From Candidatus Cloacimonadota bacterium (GTDB lineage: Bacteria; Cloacimonadota; Cloacimonadia; Cloacimonadales; TCS61): a stretch of 33,816 bases of DNA. A program made the position numbers and the translations under genes. Shown one piece after another: positions 5,913 through 15,849 of the stretch (the stretch's first letter is position 1; each line of letters starts with the position of its first letter). Where the stretch lies: NCBI GenBank assembly GCA_030638385.1, contig DAOWES010000261.1:1-33816 (forward strand), given 5' to 3'. The notes beneath the pieces are model-generated. The model saw only the letters and a list, made by a program, of their open reading frames with translations, was not told the origin of the DNA and searched no databases.

Positions 5913-8900
5913 CTATGCTGTTATTAATCCTAAATTTACCAACGCTGCGTGTATTCCTACTGCGGTTACTACCACACCAGTTTGTTGTGCTATTGGTGAT
6001 GTCCCATGGAATCCCAATTGTTCTGCTGCGCTTGTCAAAACCTGTACTCCATTAGTCCCAGTTTCATCTGCCTTTATTATAAGGTCTGTGCCATTGAAAG
6101 AAATACTGACATCATCAGCGCCACCAAGCATTAATTTTTGATTATCGTTTGGCATCTTCAACCAATCATTAGAAATATGAACTGCATGATTTCCACCCCA
6201 TCCAATTAAAAAACTATTAGTAATTGTATTTGTAACCGATTGACCAAATACCCCAGAATAAGTTGCAGCTGAACCAGTACCTACATCCACACCAATTCCT
6301 GTAGATGAAGTCCCAAGTAAATCTATATTTAGCCCTACTCCAAATATTCCTTCCTCGTTATTAACATTATCACCTAAAGATGTTCCAAAACTCTTAAAAC
6401 AATTATTATTTCTTCCAGAAACATTACAATAAGGTTTAGTAATATTATGACCAGAACCGCCATAAACTGCGGCATCTCCAGTAATGGAATGCCCTGTACC
6501 CCCACCTATGCTATCTCCTGAGTTTATTGTAGAAGCTCTGGCAGAAGTAAAAATATTGTTACCCGTTACATCTGTCCCAGTTCCTAAATTAAGAATATTA
6601 TCCCCTGTCGAAGTTCCTGCATTGATATTTTGTAAATCAGAAAATGAAACCATTTGGGCATTTATATTTGTAGCTTCTATATCTGAAAGTTTTTTAACAC
6701 TTAATCTATATATTTTCAAAGTAGGAACACCAAAATCTTCATTTGTGACAATTTTTATTGAACCTGTTGCCGTTGCTGTAAAATAAATCAGTCCATCGAA
6801 AGTTGTCCCATAAGAACTATGGACATTAACACCTCCTGCATAAATATTTACAAATTCACCAGCTATATAACTAACATTCAAAACATAATTATTTCCACTT
6901 TCTACTATATTTGATTGTTCCAAATATTCACCATTAGCATCTGCATAAGCATAATAATCCCCTGCATCGTTTCCATAAGACCATGAACCAGATTCAGTCC
7001 ACCCCGTAGAACCATCATCAAATTCTTCATTTGTCATTAACTCCGAGGATATACCCAGAGAAACACTTCCTGTTGCTGTTAAACCATTTGCAGTTACATC
7101 TCCTGTTGCCGTCAAATCTCCCCCGAAAGTAGTAAGTCCAGTGCCAAGAAAATTATAAGTAGGATTGACGTTTGTAGTTCCAAAATTGATGAGAAGATTG
7201 TCAGTATCAAATTCTAAATAATTATCTCCATTGCTTCCAAAAATTGAAGACCCAAACCCTAAAGAGCATTTAGAACTTCCATCATCTAAAAACCAATTCC
7301 AATCACCCTGTATTGTTGGGGCAATAAGTGTTGCACCTGTTATTGTAGAAACATTAGAAATCGCATTATTACCCATATCCAAATTACCAGTCATTGCTTG
7401 AGAACCACTCGTTAAGAAAATTGTTCCACTAGCATCGGGCATTGTTAGAGTTCTAGTATTTCCAGTTGTGATATTTGATAAGTCAACATCAACTGTTTTT
7501 GCATTGTCTGCATTATTAAACCATAAAAAATTACCATCACTGAATGTACTTGAGGCAGGAATGGAAACTCCACCTGCAAATGAACCTACTGGGTTTCCCC
7601 TTATGTCTATTACTTGTGTTCCTAATTCACTTAAAGCAACATTTGTCCAAGTTCCACCAGATACTTGAGTTTGTCTTAAAGGAAGTCTTGCAACTAAAAA
7701 CCCATTACCCCTAAAATCTTTAGGAATTGATGTAACTGAAGTGCCATCTTTATCTGCAATAACATCAGCATCATTTCCATAAGTGTCCAACGGAAGATTC
7801 AAAAATAATTTAGTTTCACCCGTATTACTATTTATTGCACCCCAGATTATAAAATTAAATCTTCTTCCAACTAAAGAATTCCCATTAGCGTCAACAAGAA
7901 TATCTGCTAAATCAAATACTTTCAAATAGGGTGTAGTTGGATGATTTACAATTCTAATTCCGTTTACTGAAATTTGTCTTGATGGGACATCTTGTAAATG
8001 TTTCTGCCATGCCTCTCCAGACGTCATTGTAAAATCAACATCATCAGGTACTCCAACATTTGGTGTAATTATAACAGTTTGAGCCATTCCACTCTCATAT
8101 TCAGCATCAAGTATTCTTAATCTTTCAGCACTTCTTTGAACAGCCCCCCTCCCATCAAAACTTTTAGCATCATTATATAATTGGCCCATATAAGTCCCGT
8201 CAGAGTCGATGGTTGCTGCGGTTGGTAGTATTGTAGTCCCTAGATATGCAAACTCTCCAGTAGGTCTTGATGTTGAAGATTGTAAAATTGCCTCATCTCC
8301 GTTTCTAATAACATAAATATAATTCAATTTGGGATGAGTGTCTGTTCCAGGTGTTAGTTGAATCCTAGCGGCTCCATCAACCCCATCTCCGTTAGTGCAA
8401 TCAAGGACATATTCTCTTTGACCAAAAGCATAAGTAATATCCCCACCGCCAAGTGCTTCAATATCACCAAATACATCATCTCCAATAACAACAGGAACAC
8501 CCGTAGGAACTTGATAACTCATTCCGTCAATTGATTCAACTGATTCTATGAATCTTGAGAAGCTCGGAATTATATTGAAATTCTTATCTCCCAAAACTCC
8601 CAAATTAATGAATTTTATTTCTGTAAGTTCAGACAAATCCGCCCCCCCCTGTTTGACTACAATACAGCAACGACATAAAATATTCTGAACTTCATCTACT
8701 TTAGCATGCTCTTCTTTATCGAAAGAGTCAGCTGCTTTTTTAAGAGAGTCATAAGCGTTTTGACCGTATTGCATTACAGTTTCTTGAGTTGAGGGGTCTA
8801 GATAAATTCTATGAATCGTAAAAAACCCATCAGGAATATTAACCAAAGTACCATCTCCGTTTGGATCATATTTATCTGTTGGAATTTCAGTTTTTACTGC

Positions 8901-10145
8901 TACATTACTTATCGGCGAACCTCTCCAAAAAGCAGGAAAGATAATTTCTGTATCGGCTGCGATAGAACTTATGTTTGGATTTTTCTTGTCAATATCATAA
9001 TTAAATCCAGGACCATAAGCCTTTCCTGAACTCTTGTCAATTTTCAAATTCGTCCCGTTCGCTGAATACACATTGCCCGACACTGACAAAGATGGTCCAA
9101 GCGTATTTACCATATCAAAGAAATGGAGTAGGTTGTCTTGGGTCCATAATGGAGCCGTTGTTGCTTTTCTTATTGTAGTAAATGGTGGCACATCATGTAC
9201 AAGAATACCAAGCAAAGCACAATCTCTTTTTTCATCTTCTATTGGAGCCGTTGCCGAATAAGTTAAATTACCATCAATATCTATAGATACAAATTCGATT
9301 GGAGTTATTCCACTTAATCCTGGCGTTACTGCAATCTTTGCCCCCCATGTGACTTTTGTTGCAGTTGGATTAAGTGGATCTGTATAGCTATCAATAAAAT
9401 ATGCTTCGCCGGCAGCTACGTCCAGTTTTGTTGGATCCACATTAATACTTAATTCTCCGCCGGCAATTAAACCCGTTGAATTTTGCTGAAGATTGTTGAT
9501 ATCTAATTCGTCGATTGCAGTATTTACATTTGTTGATTCTAAAGTTGAAGAAGAATTATCGTAAGGTACTTGGACTGCAGTTACTCCGTGAGGATTACTC
9601 GTATTGGAAATATGCGAATCGATTTGCGCATGAGTATTTGTTCCTATATTTTGAATTACAGTATGATCGATAGCAGTTTGCGCATAATGAATCGAGGTAT
9701 CTGCAATATGTGAATCAATCTGAGTATGGCTATTAGAGCCGATGTCTTGAATGTTTAAGTGAGAGATGCTGCTTTCTGTGAAGTGGATCGTTAAATCTCC
9801 TGTATGGGCTTGGAAATCAGTTTCATCAGTCTTTAAATCAAGGGCTGCCTGCAAATCTGTCTGATCTGAAAGAGTCCCAGTTATTTCTCCCCAATTAACA
9901 TCTTCAAAGACTTCAGGATCAACATATTCAAGAGCATTCCCCCCAGAATTTACCCTTACTATCTTGAGAGCACTTCCAGTTTTAGAGGCAGGAGTATCAA
10001 GAAGTGAATCAAAACTTGCGAAATCATCATCAATTTCAATATTGATCTCGCTTGTTTCCACAACATCTAAATCAATTTCATTTCCTTCATTAATATCTAG
10101 ATCAACAGAAATGTCTTCAACAACATTCAATGAAACGTCATTCAT
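5913..10145 (-). CDS. Tail fibre / receptor-binding protein (1410 aa)
   Basis: This is the largest ORF and the last gene of the tail module. It has a G/S/T/N-rich, beta-type composition. The N-terminus carries tandem His-rich repeats (IQDIGSNSHTQIDSHIADTSIHY and IQNIGTNTHAQIDSHISNTSNPH). The C-terminal tail reads LGFHGTSPIAQQTG...ALVNLGLITA. Confidence 0.75.
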   Translation of the reverse strand: MNDVSLNVVEDISVDLDINEGNEIDLDVVETSEINIEIDDDFASFDSLLDTPASKTGSALKIVRVNSGGNALEYVDPEVFEDVNWGEITGTLSDQTDLQAALDLKTDETDFQAHTGDLTIHFTESSISHLNIQDIGSNSHTQIDSHIADTSIHYAQTAIDHTVIQNIGTNTHAQIDSHISNTSNPHGVTAVQVPYDNSSSTLESTNVNTAIDELDINNLQQNSTGLIAGGELSINVDPTKLDVAAGEAYFIDSYTDPLNPTATKVTWGAKIAVTPGLSGITPIEFVSIDIDGNLTYSATAPIEDEKRDCALLGILVHDVPPFTTIRKATTAPLWTQDNLLHFFDMVNTLGPSLSVSGNVYSANGTNLKIDKSSGKAYGPGFNYDIDKKNPNISSIAADTEIIFPAFWRGSPISNVAVKTEIPTDKYDPNGDGTLVNIPDGFFTIHRIYLDPSTQETVMQYGQNAYDSLKKAADSFDKEEHAKVDEVQNILCRCCIVVKQGGADLSELTEIKFINLGVLGDKNFNIIPSFSRFIESVESIDGMSYQVPTGVPVVIGDDVFGDIEALGGGDITYAFGQREYVLDCTNGDGVDGAARIQLTPGTDTHPKLNYIYVIRNGDEAILQSSTSRPTGEFAYLGTTILPTAATIDSDGTYMGQLYNDAKSFDGRGAVQRSAERLRILDAEYESGMAQTVIITPNVGVPDDVDFTMTSGEAWQKHLQDVPSRQISVNGIRIVNHPTTPYLKVFDLADILVDANGNSLVGRRFNFIIWGAINSNTGETKLFLNLPLDTYGNDADVIADKDGTSVTSIPKDFRGNGFLVARLPLRQTQVSGGTWTNVALSELGTQVIDIRGNPVGSFAGGVSIPASSTFSDGNFLWFNNADNAKTVDVDLSNITTGNTRTLTMPDASGTIFLTSGSQAMTGNLDMGNNAISNVSTITGATLIAPTIQGDWNWFLDDGSSKCSLGFGSSIFGSNGDNYLEFDTDNLLINFGTTNVNPTYNFLGTGLTTFGGDLTATGDVTANGLTATGSVSLGISSELMTNEEFDDGSTGWTESGSWSYGNDAGDYYAYADANGEYLEQSNIVESGNNYVLNVSYIAGEFVNIYAGGVNVHSSYGTTFDGLIYFTATATGSIKIVTNEDFGVPTLKIYRLSVKKLSDIEATNINAQMVSFSDLQNINAGTSTGDNILNLGTGTDVTGNNIFTSARASTINSGDSIGGGTGHSITGDAAVYGGSGHNITKPYCNVSGRNNNCFKSFGTSLGDNVNNEEGIFGVGLNIDLLGTSSTGIGVDVGTGSAATYSGVFGQSVTNTITNSFLIGWGGNHAVHISNDWLKMPNDNQKLMLGGADDVSISFNGTDLIIKADETGTNGVQVLTSAAEQLGFHGTSPIAQQTGVVVTAVGIHAALVNLGLITA

Positions 10146-10146
10146 T

Positions 10147-10494
10147 TTAAGCCGCTCCCGACCGGGTAATATCAGCCTCGATTATAAATGCTCCAGTGCC
10201 GCTTGAATGAATACTTCCGTCACCTTTGATATACTGGACATCGTAAAGATATTTTTTAGGATCAATGTCTGTATCTTCAGAAGTTAATTCTATTGAATGG
10301 ATTCCGGTGGAATTTCCGGCCACCTCTTTTGAAATAATTGCACCAGAATCATCAGTCACAGAAGTTGCAGGGATATCCTCTCGGACGGTAAAATAAATCG
10401 TATAACCAGTAGTGTCGACAAACTCTCCCTTGTTCTTAATATTGATTGTAAATGCTCGAGTATCATTTCTTTTTATTTTGATTGTACTTCCCAT
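10147..10494 (-). CDS. Hypothetical beta-rich virion protein (115 aa)
   Basis: A class L promoter lies 21 nt upstream. The stop lies 1 nt before the fibre ATG. Confidence 0.55.
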   Translation of the reverse strand: MGSTIKIKRNDTRAFTINIKNKGEFVDTTGYTIYFTVREDIPATSVTDDSGAIISKEVAGNSTGIHSIELTSEDTDIDPKKYLYDVQYIKGDGSIHSSGTGAFIIEADITRSGAA

Positions 10495-10515
10495 GATTCA
10501 AGAAGGCGATGAGAT

Positions 10516-10531
10516 GTTTATATATTTATTT
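10516..10531 (-). promoter_or_regulatory. Class L TATA-like promoter (coding strand AAATAAATATATAAAC)
   Basis: The motif is followed by 21 nt and then ATG 10494, with no SD. Confidence 0.6.
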
Positions 10532-10853
10532 AGGAGATGATAATTCCCATAGATTCTAAAATAGTCATAATCAATGCTGCGCAAAGCAATCCGCAAACTG
10601 CAAAAACTGCTCGTTTCATCCATTTGATATCCTGACCCTGACGGATTGAGGATTCAGTTAAAGTTTTGATATTCTTATTCATAGCAGTGGTGTTATGATT
10701 GAATGTAAGAATCATCTGTTGAGTATTGTGGTGCACGTCTTTCATCGATCTTGGCTCTCGATACATTGGAACAAAATTTTCATCTACCATTTTTTCACCC
10801 AACATATCCTTCCGAAAATTCTCACCGAAGGGTACATTAATTTTACTTTCCAT
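10530..10853 (-). CDS. Membrane-anchored protein (C-terminal TM helix); start uncertain (10853, 10805 or 10790)
   Basis: The C-terminus AVFAVCGLLCAALIMTILESMGIII is hydrophobic. The ORF overlaps the end of the DUF1353 gene, so an internal ATG is likely. Confidence 0.45.
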   Translation of the reverse strand: MESKINVPFGENFRKDMLGEKMVDENFVPMYREPRSMKDVHHNTQQMILTFNHNTTAMNKNIKTLTESSIRQGQDIKWMKRAVFAVCGLLCAALIMTILESMGIIIS

Positions 10854-11140
10854 TTGTAAGTCCCATAACGAATCATGAGCTCTTTGAAAATCTGATCTGC
10901 ATCCTTCCGGGTACCATGTTGAAAAGTATAAAGATAATCATGAACGACTGCAGCAACCGCAAAATCTCCTGAAAATGGATGACCAATTATAGGCCAGAAT
11001 ATTTTTGGAATACTTGCCCCATCAGTTCGAAATCCTTTCGGAATAATAACAACTCCCTGAGAAGTATTTACCTTCAGATCTTGTTCAAGCTTCCAATGTT
11101 TGAATCCGTCATTTGTTATGATTAATCTAATTTCTTTCAT
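10784..11140 (-). CDS. DUF1353-family protein
   Basis: GFRTDGASIP...AAVVHDYLY is the signature of this phage-associated family. Confidence 0.6.
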   Translation of the reverse strand: MKEIRLIITNDGFKHWKLEQDLKVNTSQGVVIIPKGFRTDGASIPKIFWPIIGHPFSGDFAVAAVVHDYLYTFQHGTRKDADQIFKELMIRYGTYKWKVKLMYPSVRIFGRICWVKKW

Positions 11141-11270
11141 TTTCTAGGGCCTCCACCCGATCAAACAATTCTTCAATTAATTTTCTAACTTCAAAACCCT
11201 TGAAAGTTCTATCCTTCTCAACCTTTCCTTTCATTTCTTTTCTTAATTGTTTTATATTTTTATTTTCCAT
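11127..11270 (-). CDS. Small coiled-coil protein (47 aa from ATG 11270)
   Basis: MENKNIKQLRKEMKGKVEKDR... The ATG shares one nt with the upstream stop (TAATG). Confidence 0.4.
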   Translation of the reverse strand: MENKNIKQLRKEMKGKVEKDRTFKGFEVRKLIEELFDRVEALENERN

Positions 11271-12337
11271 TATTGGGGCCACATTTGGTAAGCATAACCA
11301 AACAACCAAGGAGTAGAAGTTCCGGATGCTTTAAGATTTATTTTCAAAATGACATCAGTATCATCACCATCTAAATTAATAATTGAATCGAGAGGCTGAT
11401 CAGTAACATCATAGGTAGATCCCCCATCAGTAGAAATATCTATGGTAATGCTAGTCCCCGAAAGGCTTGTGTCCCCATTACCATTTAAGATTCCTGAAGA
11501 GATATTTGATGGGAGGGTTTTAAGATTAGTTTGAATATATGACGATGAATCGAAATTAAGATAAACATTATCAAGATAATGGGATGCACTATCTGCTCCA
11601 TCATTTGCCCTACATCTGAATCTAACAGTCCCACTAAGTGCGGAAGCTATTTCTCTTACAAAAACTCCATCTTTGTAAAGTCTATGTGTGGAAGCTCCAA
11701 CTTTGAAAATCTCCCAAGTCCCAGTAGTATAATCATCATAAATTGTCAAGGCATTTTCTCCAACGTCGACAATAACGACCCCCCCAATAGAAACTGAATT
11801 TATCCCCGTTGCGCTTGTGATTAAAGTTACCGCATCCCATTTAAGATAATCTGTATAATTAGTATCTGAGTCCAAATAAGCATTATTTTCATCATTCCCT
11901 CCTGGATTCGCACAATTCATTTCTATTCTTTGGTTCTGCTCAACAACTGATGCGGTTCCAATACCCCCTCCCAAATTAGTTGTAACCGTCCATAAATTTG
12001 TATCTAAGGAATTATCATTAAAATCGTCATAAAGTGTTCCTGCAATAATATATCTATCTTCAACTAATCTCGCAGTCGTATTTCCAGTATCTACATGATT
12101 ATTATATCCGTTTGAATCAGAAAAAAGTTCTGTCTCGGCCCACGAATAATCCTTGTCAGTTATTGATGCATCTTCAGATAAAATTGTTGATTGATTAATG
12201 CCCTGTAAAAAAGTGATTGAGCTTTCTATAAGGGCACCTGCGAACCTTGTAAAAGTATCATTCTGATCAGTGGGTTTAATCCTATCTGAAGGAGTGCTCA
12301 AATCAGATCCCCCGGCCTTAGTACATTTAATTGCCAT
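11270..12337 (-). CDS. Tail/baseplate protein with lectin-like (ConA/LamG-type) region
   Basis: LYDDFNDNSLDTNLWTV...is typical of the first strands of ConA-like/LamG domains. The gene sits in the tail module. Confidence 0.4.
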   Translation of the reverse strand: MAIKCTKAGGSDLSTPSDRIKPTDQNDTFTRFAGALIESSITFLQGINQSTILSEDASITDKDYSWAETELFSDSNGYNNHVDTGNTTARLVEDRYIIAGTLYDDFNDNSLDTNLWTVTTNLGGGIGTASVVEQNQRIEMNCANPGGNDENNAYLDSDTNYTDYLKWDAVTLITSATGINSVSIGGVVIVDVGENALTIYDDYTTGTWEIFKVGASTHRLYKDGVFVREIASALSGTVRFRCRANDGADSASHYLDNVYLNFDSSSYIQTNLKTLPSNISSGILNGNGDTSLSGTSITIDISTDGGSTYDVTDQPLDSIINLDGDDTDVILKINLKASGTSTPWLFGYAYQMWPQ

Positions 12338-12714
12338 TATCCTGTTTGGTCAAGGACCTCAACCGTTAATTTATATCCTACATTGATTTCTCGATCTGCA
12401 GTCTTTGCAACTACCACCTCTAAAAGTCTGCTCAGTTTAAGGGTATCTCCTGACAGATCTGTGAAGACTCCAAGTTTTTGAAGAGTCTCTCCATTTGCTT
12501 CAGTCAATCCAATAAGCGCATCAAATTCATAAGTGAAGAAAGCTGTATCTTTAGAAGAAACCGAAAGGGCTTTTCTCAAAAACTCTCCGGCAAGTACATC
12601 AGAACTAGCTAATTCATTTGAACCATCGTCGGAGAACCCCATGTGAGAAATTACATCGAACTCATCAAGAGCACTATTGTTTATACTATCAACTATTTCC
12701 TGATTCAAAACCAT
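12337..12714 (-). CDS. Hypothetical tail/baseplate protein (125 aa)
   Basis: A class L promoter lies 21 nt upstream of the ATG. The stop overlaps the next start. Confidence 0.55.
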   Translation of the reverse strand: MVLNQEIVDSINNSALDEFDVISHMGFSDDGSNELASSDVLAGEFLRKALSVSSKDTAFFTYEFDALIGLTEANGETLQKLGVFTDLSGDTLKLSRLLEVVVAKTADREINVGYKLTVEVLDQTG

Positions 12715-12734
12715 AAGACTTAGAGAGAAAGTTT

Positions 12735-12750
12735 GTTTATATATTTATTT
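12735..12750 (-). promoter_or_regulatory. Class L TATA-like promoter
   Basis: AAAATAAATATATAAAC plus spacer plus ATG 12714. Confidence 0.6.
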
Positions 12751-14183
12751 TAAGGATTCAAAATGTCTATGAAGGCATCACTCGGCAGACCATCATCATC
12801 ATACGCAATTGCATAATCCACATCCGGGCCCGTATCGCTTATCAAATCTGCATCATTTGCGAGTGGCGTATCACTCGACCAAAGAACTTCTCCAGTGTTG
12901 ATCACCACCAAATATTTTGTGAGCTCTGTGGTTATTTTCACTTTTAAGTCACCAGTCTTGAAAACATCCAACTGAATGAAGTCAGAGTTTTGATCCTTTT
13001 CTTCGAGCTGCTTGGTTCGATCTTTTGATTCGGCTTGCCAATCAAAAATCGAGGTTGTATCTTCTCCGACAGTTATCTGGTTTTGCCTTGGATATTTCCT
13101 CACGATCTTAGTAATTATGTAAGTCCCATCACGATTGGAATTCAACTTATTAATTACAGGGATCTTATCTCCAACCACCAAATCGTTTAGATCTAATCCA
13201 TACATATCTGAATTCAACCAAGTAGAAGATTGAATTCCGTCACCAAAGATCTCAATATATTTTCTTCCAAGTGCTCGAGCTTCAACAATGTCTTCGATAT
13301 AATTTCTTGGAAGAACCTTTATCGGAGCCCCATTTCCAACCTGGGCCCTGACTTGAGATTCATAAGAATAAAATATTTCTGGATCTGTTTGGGAAGCTTC
13401 GAATGTTATTTCCTTTGCTTGTTTGTCCACAGTATAATCTCCATCAATATTATCTGTAGTTTGAGTAAAGCCGTCAATCTCAACATCGACTGGAGTCCTT
13501 GAGAGTTCGAAAACTGTTCCGGTTCCTGTCACTGTTTCTTTTGTTCTCTGAAGAATAGTCGCCCCCTTAACAATTACTGTTGAAGCTTTTCTGTCAGTAT
13601 CATCTAACCATCCGTCTTTGTTTAGGGCCCATCCAGAGGTTCCATCGATTGTAATTGTTGAGAGATCTTGGCCCCTCAAAAAAAGATAAAAGTTTGTGCC
13701 TTCGACTCTCCAGTTTGCCCCAAGGGTATTGCATTGTTCATTTACTGCTTCAATTGGATCACGATCTTGATAAACTTTTTTTGTAATTATTGCCCCACTT
13801 GGCGCAGGTAGAAGATTAACAAATGTCAATCCGAAGGCCTCAACAACATCCTCAATGAGATCTTCAGGAGAAATGGATCTAAAAACTTCATTTAGATTTT
13901 CATCAATAAGAATATACCCGTGATCATAGATTTCAATTTCATAGATTCTGGATCCAGTTGTGGGATCATGAGATAACTCCTTGGCTGATTTTATTTTTCC
14001 GTCGAGAAGAAGGTTATCTTCTGAATCATAATATTCTGCAGTTGAGTCAAGTGCAACAGTTTCGTCCATTCCGATCCTGAACTTCACACTTGAAGAAGAA
14101 TTCTCTTTATCGACCAATTGGGCTGAAGAAATATTTATCGCATCAACAATACTCGCATTTTCTTGGAAAACAAAATCTGCCAT
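12750..14183 (-). CDS. Tail hub / tail-associated (Tal-like) protein (about 477 aa from ATG 14183)
   Basis: It is the second gene after the tape measure and has a typical size. ATG 14183 shares one nt with the upstream stop (TGATG). Confidence 0.45.
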   Translation of the reverse strand: MADFVFQENASIVDAINISSAQLVDKENSSSSVKFRIGMDETVALDSTAEYYDSEDNLLLDGKIKSAKELSHDPTTGSRIYEIEIYDHGYILIDENLNEVFRSISPEDLIEDVVEAFGLTFVNLLPAPSGAIITKKVYQDRDPIEAVNEQCNTLGANWRVEGTNFYLFLRGQDLSTITIDGTSGWALNKDGWLDDTDRKASTVIVKGATILQRTKETVTGTGTVFELSRTPVDVEIDGFTQTTDNIDGDYTVDKQAKEITFEASQTDPEIFYSYESQVRAQVGNGAPIKVLPRNYIEDIVEARALGRKYIEIFGDGIQSSTWLNSDMYGLDLNDLVVGDKIPVINKLNSNRDGTYIITKIVRKYPRQNQITVGEDTTSIFDWQAESKDRTKQLEEKDQNSDFIQLDVFKTGDLKVKITTELTKYLVVINTGEVLWSSDTPLANDADLISDTGPDVDYAIAYDDDGLPSDAFIDILNP

Positions 14184-14641
14184 CAAACCACCTGCTTCTT
14201 CCACTTAAATTTCAGAGTACCTGCCGGATGAAGAGAAGAGTCTGTGTCGATATTGAAACTTTCAAAAGAATAGATCGCAGTCCTGGTCCTAAACCTGTCA
14301 ATAATTGTGATCGTATAATCAATAATACCTATACCAGGGAATCCAATAACATCCTCAAGATAGTTCAACATTTCCCCATAAGTTTCGATGGTTGAAGGTG
14401 CAGTTCCTTCAGATCTGTCAGTCGTTTGTTTGTAAAGTTTCCAAGTAAGATTTAGGTCCTTAGAAATTCCGAGATCAATTGTGAAATCTTCTTGTACATC
14501 TGTTGGGCTATCTTTAGGAAATGAAAGTGTTGCGGACTGACTGACTTGGGGGATATTTGAATTCTTTGCTTCCCCTTTTTCGAAGATGAAGTTTCTTGTA
14601 ACCCCCCCCTTACTCCTTACGATTCTTATTTCGACTACCAT
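14183..14641 (-). CDS. Distal tail protein (Dit-like) candidate
   Basis: 152 aa, immediately downstream of the tape measure (start and stop abut at 14641). It contains a G8 tract at 14602-14609. Confidence 0.4.
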   Translation of the reverse strand: MVVEIRIVRSKGGVTRNFIFEKGEAKNSNIPQVSQSATLSFPKDSPTDVQEDFTIDLGISKDLNLTWKLYKQTTDRSEGTAPSTIETYGEMLNYLEDVIGFPGIGIIDYTITIIDRFRTRTAIYSFESFNIDTDSSLHPAGTLKFKWKKQVV

Positions 14642-15813
14642 TAGAAGTTTGAGGTCCCCCCCCTTGAACTACTGTTTAATGCTCTTCCCATTCGATCTGC
14701 AAGTTCTTCCTCACTTCCCACAAAACCTTCAACAGTTATATAGATATCTCCTTTCCCACTTCCTTGTCCGGAACCTGCAGCCGCAAGAGTTGAGAAATCT
14801 TTGAATGCCATGATGTTATCGTCCGGATGAAACTTGACCACATCTCCGCCGCTTGTTATTAGGGCATCATTCACCCCGAAGATTCTTTTTATTCCCCCCC
14901 CAATTCCTTTTATAAACCCTAGGGCTGCATCTTTGATTGCTTTTCCAATTCCTGCGAGAACACTCAATCCTGACTTAACTGTATCAACAATCATATTGAA
15001 TAATTTTGCACCAAGGCCGATCAATGCTTTAAGACCATTCCATAAGCCCACAAGTATATTTCCAATTATAGTTCCTACCATCCCTGCAGCCCCCACAATA
15101 GTTTTCAATACTCCGAGAAAAATATCAAAGATCCCTGTGAATATTTTAACTATCCCTTGAACAATACGATCAAGGTCCCCTGTGAAGATCCCGACAATTA
15201 CATCCCAAACTCCCCCAAGGATATCTAAAAATCCGAAGAAAATATTTCCAAGACCAGTTATAAAAACTTTCAAGAATGCACCCATTGATGCAAGGAAAAG
15301 TGAAGAGGTTTGAAAATTAAACATTTCATCAATCCATCCGAAGAATTTATCTTTAAATCCCTGAACAAATTCTCCGGCAGATCCTTCAATTGTATCTGCT
15401 TGCAATCCTCTTCCAGTGGCCAATGCAGCACCCTGTTCTTCCAGTCCCCCCCCAGTAAACATCTTCAATAAAACCATTCCAAGCTTCAAGAATAAAATTA
15501 GGAAAGGTTTCATCAACATCATAACTGGAACTAATGCAATCTTCAGGATCCCACCAATTACTCCTAGGATCTCTTTTATTGGTTCAAGCGTTCCAAGAAG
15601 CGCCCCGATAAGTCCTCCAAGCGCTGCGCCACCAAATGCTCCTTTTCCTTTCTTTTTTCCGCCGGCAGCTTCTTCTCCGGCTATTGCTCCGGCAATCGCC
15701 CCAGTGCCAGAATTGATTCCCTGGCTTACGCCTTTCTTGGTTCCCTTGCCTAATTCTTTAGAAGCAGCTTTCGCACTTCCCTTATCCACGATTAATTTGA
15801 TTCCCAATGTCAT
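14641..15813 (-). CDS. Tape measure protein (390 aa)
   Basis: Gly/Ala/Ile/Leu-rich with long hydrophobic helices, located directly after the frameshifted chaperone pair. A class L promoter lies 21 nt upstream. Confidence 0.7.
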   Translation of the reverse strand: MTLGIKLIVDKGSAKAASKELGKGTKKGVSQGINSGTGAIAGAIAGEEAAGGKKKGKGAFGGAALGGLIGALLGTLEPIKEILGVIGGILKIALVPVMMLMKPFLILFLKLGMVLLKMFTGGGLEEQGAALATGRGLQADTIEGSAGEFVQGFKDKFFGWIDEMFNFQTSSLFLASMGAFLKVFITGLGNIFFGFLDILGGVWDVIVGIFTGDLDRIVQGIVKIFTGIFDIFLGVLKTIVGAAGMVGTIIGNILVGLWNGLKALIGLGAKLFNMIVDTVKSGLSVLAGIGKAIKDAALGFIKGIGGGIKRIFGVNDALITSGGDVVKFHPDDNIMAFKDFSTLAAAGSGQGSGKGDIYITVEGFVGSEEELADRMGRALNSSSRGGTSNF

Positions 15814-15833
15814 AACAATCAGAAATGAAAATT

Positions 15834-15849
15834 GTTTATATATTTATTT
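15834..15849 (-). promoter_or_regulatory. Class L TATA-like promoter
   Basis: Motif plus spacer plus ATG 15813. It overlaps the stop of the frameshift-extended chaperone. Confidence 0.6.

Noticed and set aside
5913-10145. Diversity-generating retroelement targeting the fibre
   Set aside because: No reverse transcriptase is encoded anywhere in the genome, and no template/variable repeat pair was seen. The N-terminal repeats are diverged tandem protein repeats.
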